A stretch of 64,000 bases of DNA from Acidimicrobiia bacterium. Its GTDB lineage: Bacteria > Actinomycetota > Acidimicrobiia > Acidimicrobiales > VFJN01. Positions 61,447-64,000 of the stretch are shown piece after piece (position 1 is the stretch's first letter; every line of letters starts with the position of its first letter). The position numbers and the translations under genes are program-made. Below the pieces are notes generated by a model that ran no database searches, was not told the DNA's origin, and worked only from the letters and a program-made list of their open reading frames with translations. The stretch lies in NCBI GenBank assembly GCA_046565645.1, contig JBKHYD010000046.1:28380-92379 (forward strand), in the 5' to 3' direction.

Positions 61447-62226
61447 TCAGGCGCGCTGGCTGGAGACGGACACGACCTCGCCGGTCATGTAGGTGCTGTA
61501 GTCGCTGGCCAGGAAGGCGATGACGGTGGCGACCTCCCAGGGCTCGGCGGCCCGCCCGAAGGCCTCGCGGCGGGTGAGCACGTCGAGGACCTCGTCGCTG
61601 GTGACCTTGGCCAGGAACGGGTGCATGGCCAGCGACGGCGCCACGGCGTTGATGCGGACCCCGTGCGGAGCAGCCTCGATGGCGGCGCAGCGGGTGAGGG
61701 CCATGACGCCCGCCTTGGCCGCCGCGTAGTGCGACTGCCCGGCCTGGGCCCGCCAGCCGAGCACCGAGGCGTTGTTGACGATCACGCCGCCGTCCGCTCC
61801 GTACATGTGGCGCAGCGCGGCTCGGGTCACCCGCATGGTGCCGGTGAGGGTGACGTCGAGCACCTTGGTCCACTGCTCGTCGGTCATCTCGACGAGCTCG
61901 GCGGTGCCCCCCAGGCCGGCGTTGTTGACGAGCACGTCGAGCCGGCCGTGGGCGGCGACGGTGCCGTCGACCATCGCCTGGACGTCCTCCTCGACGGTGA
62001 CGTCGCAGAGGAAGCTGGTCGGACGGGTGCCGCCGGCCAGCTCGGTGAGCTCGTCGGCCGCCTCGCCCAGGCGGCGCTCGTGGGCGTCGGAGAGGACGAC
62101 GGTGGCGCCCTCCTCCAGGCAGCGGCGGGCGGTGGCGTTGCCGATCCCGGTGCCGGCGGCAGCCGTGACCAGCACCACCTTCCCGGCCAGCAGGTCCCGC
62201 CCGGGCGGCGGCGTGAGGCTTGTCAT
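61447..62226 (-). CDS. SDR family oxidoreductase
   Basis: VTAAAGTGIG, NNAG and YAAAKAG are present. It has an ATGA overlap with the upstream ACAD gene. Confidence 0.85.
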   Translation of the reverse strand: MTSLTPPPGRDLLAGKVVLVTAAAGTGIGNATARRCLEEGATVVLSDAHERRLGEAADELTELAGGTRPTSFLCDVTVEEDVQAMVDGTVAAHGRLDVLVNNAGLGGTAELVEMTDEQWTKVLDVTLTGTMRVTRAALRHMYGADGGVIVNNASVLGWRAQAGQSHYAAAKAGVMALTRCAAIEAAPHGVRINAVAPSLAMHPFLAKVTSDEVLDVLTRREAFGRAAEPWEVATVIAFLASDYSTYMTGEVVSVSSQRA

Positions 62227-63410
62227 GGTGAGGGTTCCTTGGGGAGGCCGAGGGCTCGTTCGCCGATCAGGTTGCGCTGGATCTCGTTGGTGCCGGCGTA
62301 GATGGTGTCAGCCCGGGAGAACAGGAACAGGCGCTGGAGGCGGGTGAGGTCCGCGGAGCCGTCAGGGAGGGTGGCGGAGCGCAGCGTGGCCTCGGCGCCG
62401 AGCACGTCCATGGCCAGCTCGCCGAGGTCTCGGTGCAGGGTGGCCCAGAACAGCTTGGTGACCATGGCCGCCGGGGGCGCTTCGAGCGTGGAGGACATGA
62501 TCCGCAGAGCGTTGAGCCGCATGAGCCGCAGGCGCCCCCAGGTCTCGGCGAGGCGCTGGCGCACGACCGGGTCGTCGATGCGACCGTTGGCCCGGGCGGC
62601 GGCGACGACCTCGTCCCACTCGTTCAGGAACATGAGGTTCTGGCCGAGGGTCGACGCGCCCCGCTCGAAGGCGAGGGTGCCCATGGCCACCTTCCAGCCG
62701 GCCTCCGGCTCGCCGACGACGTTGTCGGCTGCCGTGCGGGCGCGGGAGAAGAAGACCTCGTTGAACTCGGAGTCTCCGGTGAGCTGGTGGATGGGGCGGA
62801 TCTCGATGCCGTCCTGGCGCATCGGCACCAGCAGGTAGGAGATCCCCTTGTGCTTCGGCGCCGTCCGGTCGGTGCGGGCCAGCACGAAGCACCAGTCCGA
62901 CCAGTGGGCCTGGGAGGTCCACACCTTCTGCCCGTCGATCACCCACTCGCCGTCGACCAGCTCGGCCCGGGTCTGGAGGTTGGCCAGGTCCGACCCTGCC
63001 TCGGGCTCGCTGTAGCCCTGGCACCACAGCTCGGTGCCGGCCACGATGCCGGGCAGGAAGCGGGCCTGCTGCTCGGGTGTGCCGAAGGCGATCAGAGTCG
63101 GTCCCAGGAGGGTCTCGCCGATGTGCCCCACCCGGCCGGGAGCTCGGGCCCGGGCGTACTCCTCGAAGTAGATGACCTGCTGGTGCAGCGACAGGCCCCG
63201 GCCCCCGTGCTCGGTGGGCCACGCCACGCAGGTCCACCCGTGGGCGGCGAGGTGCCGCTCCCAGGCGAGTCGCTCCTCGAACAGGCAGTCGTCGTCCCCC
63301 GGGCCGCCTCGACCCCGCACCACGGCGAAGTCCCCGGCCAGCGACTCCTCGAGGAAGGTCCGCACCTCGTCGCGGAACCGCTCGTCCTCGGCGCTGAACC
63401 CCAGGTCCAT
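62223..63410 (-). CDS. Acyl-CoA dehydrogenase
   Basis: ATG at 63410 (MDLGFSAEDERFRDEV). GYSEPEAGSDLAN and the C-terminal YAGTNEIQRN are present. It is a paralogue of 49406..50560. Confidence 0.85.
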   Translation of the reverse strand: MDLGFSAEDERFRDEVRTFLEESLAGDFAVVRGRGGPGDDDCLFEERLAWERHLAAHGWTCVAWPTEHGGRGLSLHQQVIYFEEYARARAPGRVGHIGETLLGPTLIAFGTPEQQARFLPGIVAGTELWCQGYSEPEAGSDLANLQTRAELVDGEWVIDGQKVWTSQAHWSDWCFVLARTDRTAPKHKGISYLLVPMRQDGIEIRPIHQLTGDSEFNEVFFSRARTAADNVVGEPEAGWKVAMGTLAFERGASTLGQNLMFLNEWDEVVAAARANGRIDDPVVRQRLAETWGRLRLMRLNALRIMSSTLEAPPAAMVTKLFWATLHRDLGELAMDVLGAEATLRSATLPDGSADLTRLQRLFLFSRADTIYAGTNEIQRNLIGERALGLPKEPSP

Positions 63411-63432
63411 GGCTCGGACGCTAGCCACCGAC

Positions 63433-63447
63433 CTGACACACCGTCAG
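63433..63447. promoter_or_regulatory. Candidate operator palindrome CTGAC-N5-GTCAG (site c)
   Basis: accCTGACACACCGTCAGatc lies 22 nt upstream of the ACAD ATG. The 15-mer is identical to site b at 51710..51724. Confidence 0.5.
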
Positions 63448-63607
63448 ATCCGCCGTGGGCCGAGTCGTGCGGTCGAGCAGGGGGGCTTTCGAGGGGGGCG
63501 TGGGGGGAACGGCTCCTGCGGTTCCCCCCACCTGGGTGGCGATCCGGCTCCGCCGGTCGCCACCCGGAGATGAGCGCGGCCGAAGGCCGCACGACAGAGA
63601 TCGCCGA

Positions 63608-63622
63608 GCAAGCTCTGCTTGC
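63608..63622 (-). terminator. First of several hairpins downstream of the P-type ATPase gene
   Basis: GCAAGC tct GCTTGC lies 10 nt after the stop. Further hairpins follow: GCGGCC gaa GGCCGC (63576-90), GGTGGCGA...TCGCCACC (63535-64) and GGGGGGAAC...GTTCCCCCC (63502-29). Confidence 0.4.
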
Positions 63623-63631
63623 GATGGTGAA

Positions 63632-64000
63632 TCAGCGGAAGCGGAAGAGGCGGAGGCTGTTGGTCACCACGAAGACGGAGGAGAAGGCCATGGCGGCGCC
63701 GGCGATGAGCGGGTTGAGCAGGCCGAGGGCGGCCAGCGGGAGGGCGGCCACGTTGTAGGCGAAGGCCCAGAAGAGGTTGCCCTTGATGGTGCCGAGCGTC
63801 CGGCGGGCGAGGCGGATGGCGTCGGCCGCCGTGCGCAGATCGCCTCGGACGAGCGTGAGGTCGCTGGCCTCGATGGCGGCGTCGGTGCCCGTGCCCATGG
63901 CGAGGCCGAGGTCGGCCTGGGCGAGGGCGGCCGCGTCGTTGACGCCGTCGCCGGCCATCGCCACGACCTTGCCCTGCGCCTGGAGGGCCTTCACGGCGTC
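63632..64000 (-). CDS. Heavy-metal (Cu/Cd-type) translocating P-type ATPase, C-terminal fragment (gene continues beyond the window)
   Basis: The hinge motif [14 protein letters not shown] and the last two TM helices ([15 protein letters not shown]...[17 protein letters not shown]) are present. The ORF is open at the window edge. Confidence 0.85.
   Translation of the reverse strand, partial: DAVKALQAQGKVVAMAGDGVNDAAALAQADLGLAMGTGTDAAIEASDLTLVRGDLRTAADAIRLARRTLGTIKGNLFWAFAYNVAALPLAALGLLNPLIAGAAMAFSSVFVVTNSLRLFRFR

Noticed and set aside
1-64000. Searched for rRNA, tRNA, tmRNA, CRISPR arrays, integrases, transposases and prophage genes.
   Set aside because: None were found. All intergenic gaps are under 330 bp, and the only clearly foreign-looking unit is the XRE-NTase pair.

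Overview
High-GC (about 70% by eye) actinobacterial-type chromosomal segment. It is densely coding, with about 56 CDS, many joined by 1-8 nt start/stop overlaps. I found no rRNA, tRNA, CRISPR array, transposase or integrase. Coordinates were anchored to the supplied ORF track by frame arithmetic, and start codons were chosen by hand. All function calls come from reading the translations for motifs and remembered family resemblance, not from database searches.

Layout:
- (1) 0.8-13.5 kb is a cell-envelope glycan locus. It holds GT2, GT4, a sulfotransferase-GT4 fusion, a secreted beta-helix protein, a CapD-type dehydratase fused in frame to a DegT-type aminotransferase, and a secreted CocE/NonD-hydrolase::PI-PLC fusion.
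- (2) 13.8-47 kb is mostly housekeeping: ATP-dependent DNA ligase, DEAD-box helicase, tdk, a Liv-type ABC importer with an embedded acyl-CoA synthetase, ald, tesB, yhhQ, xseAB, polyprenyl synthase, a class A PBP, a TrmH-family methyltransferase and a diguanylate cyclase.
- (3) 41.5-63.4 kb holds several lipid/steroid-type beta-oxidation units. These include clear echA20-ipdA-ipdB homologues, an IpdC-like nitronate monooxygenase, paired acyl-CoA dehydrogenases, thiolases, a DUF35/SCP-x pair, MaoC and SDR genes. They are interrupted by an LPXTG surface-protein gene and by an XRE-HTH/nucleotidyltransferase two-gene module.

Most notable non-coding signals:
- A CTGAC-N5-GTCAG palindrome recurs in front of at least five catabolic transcription units and once in the glycan locus. 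It looks like a candidate regulon operator, and no obvious regulator for it is in view.
- A roughly 60 bp palindromic repeat family occurs twice and supplies stop codons to the flanking genes.
- A preQ1-I-like pseudoknot lies immediately upstream of yhhQ.
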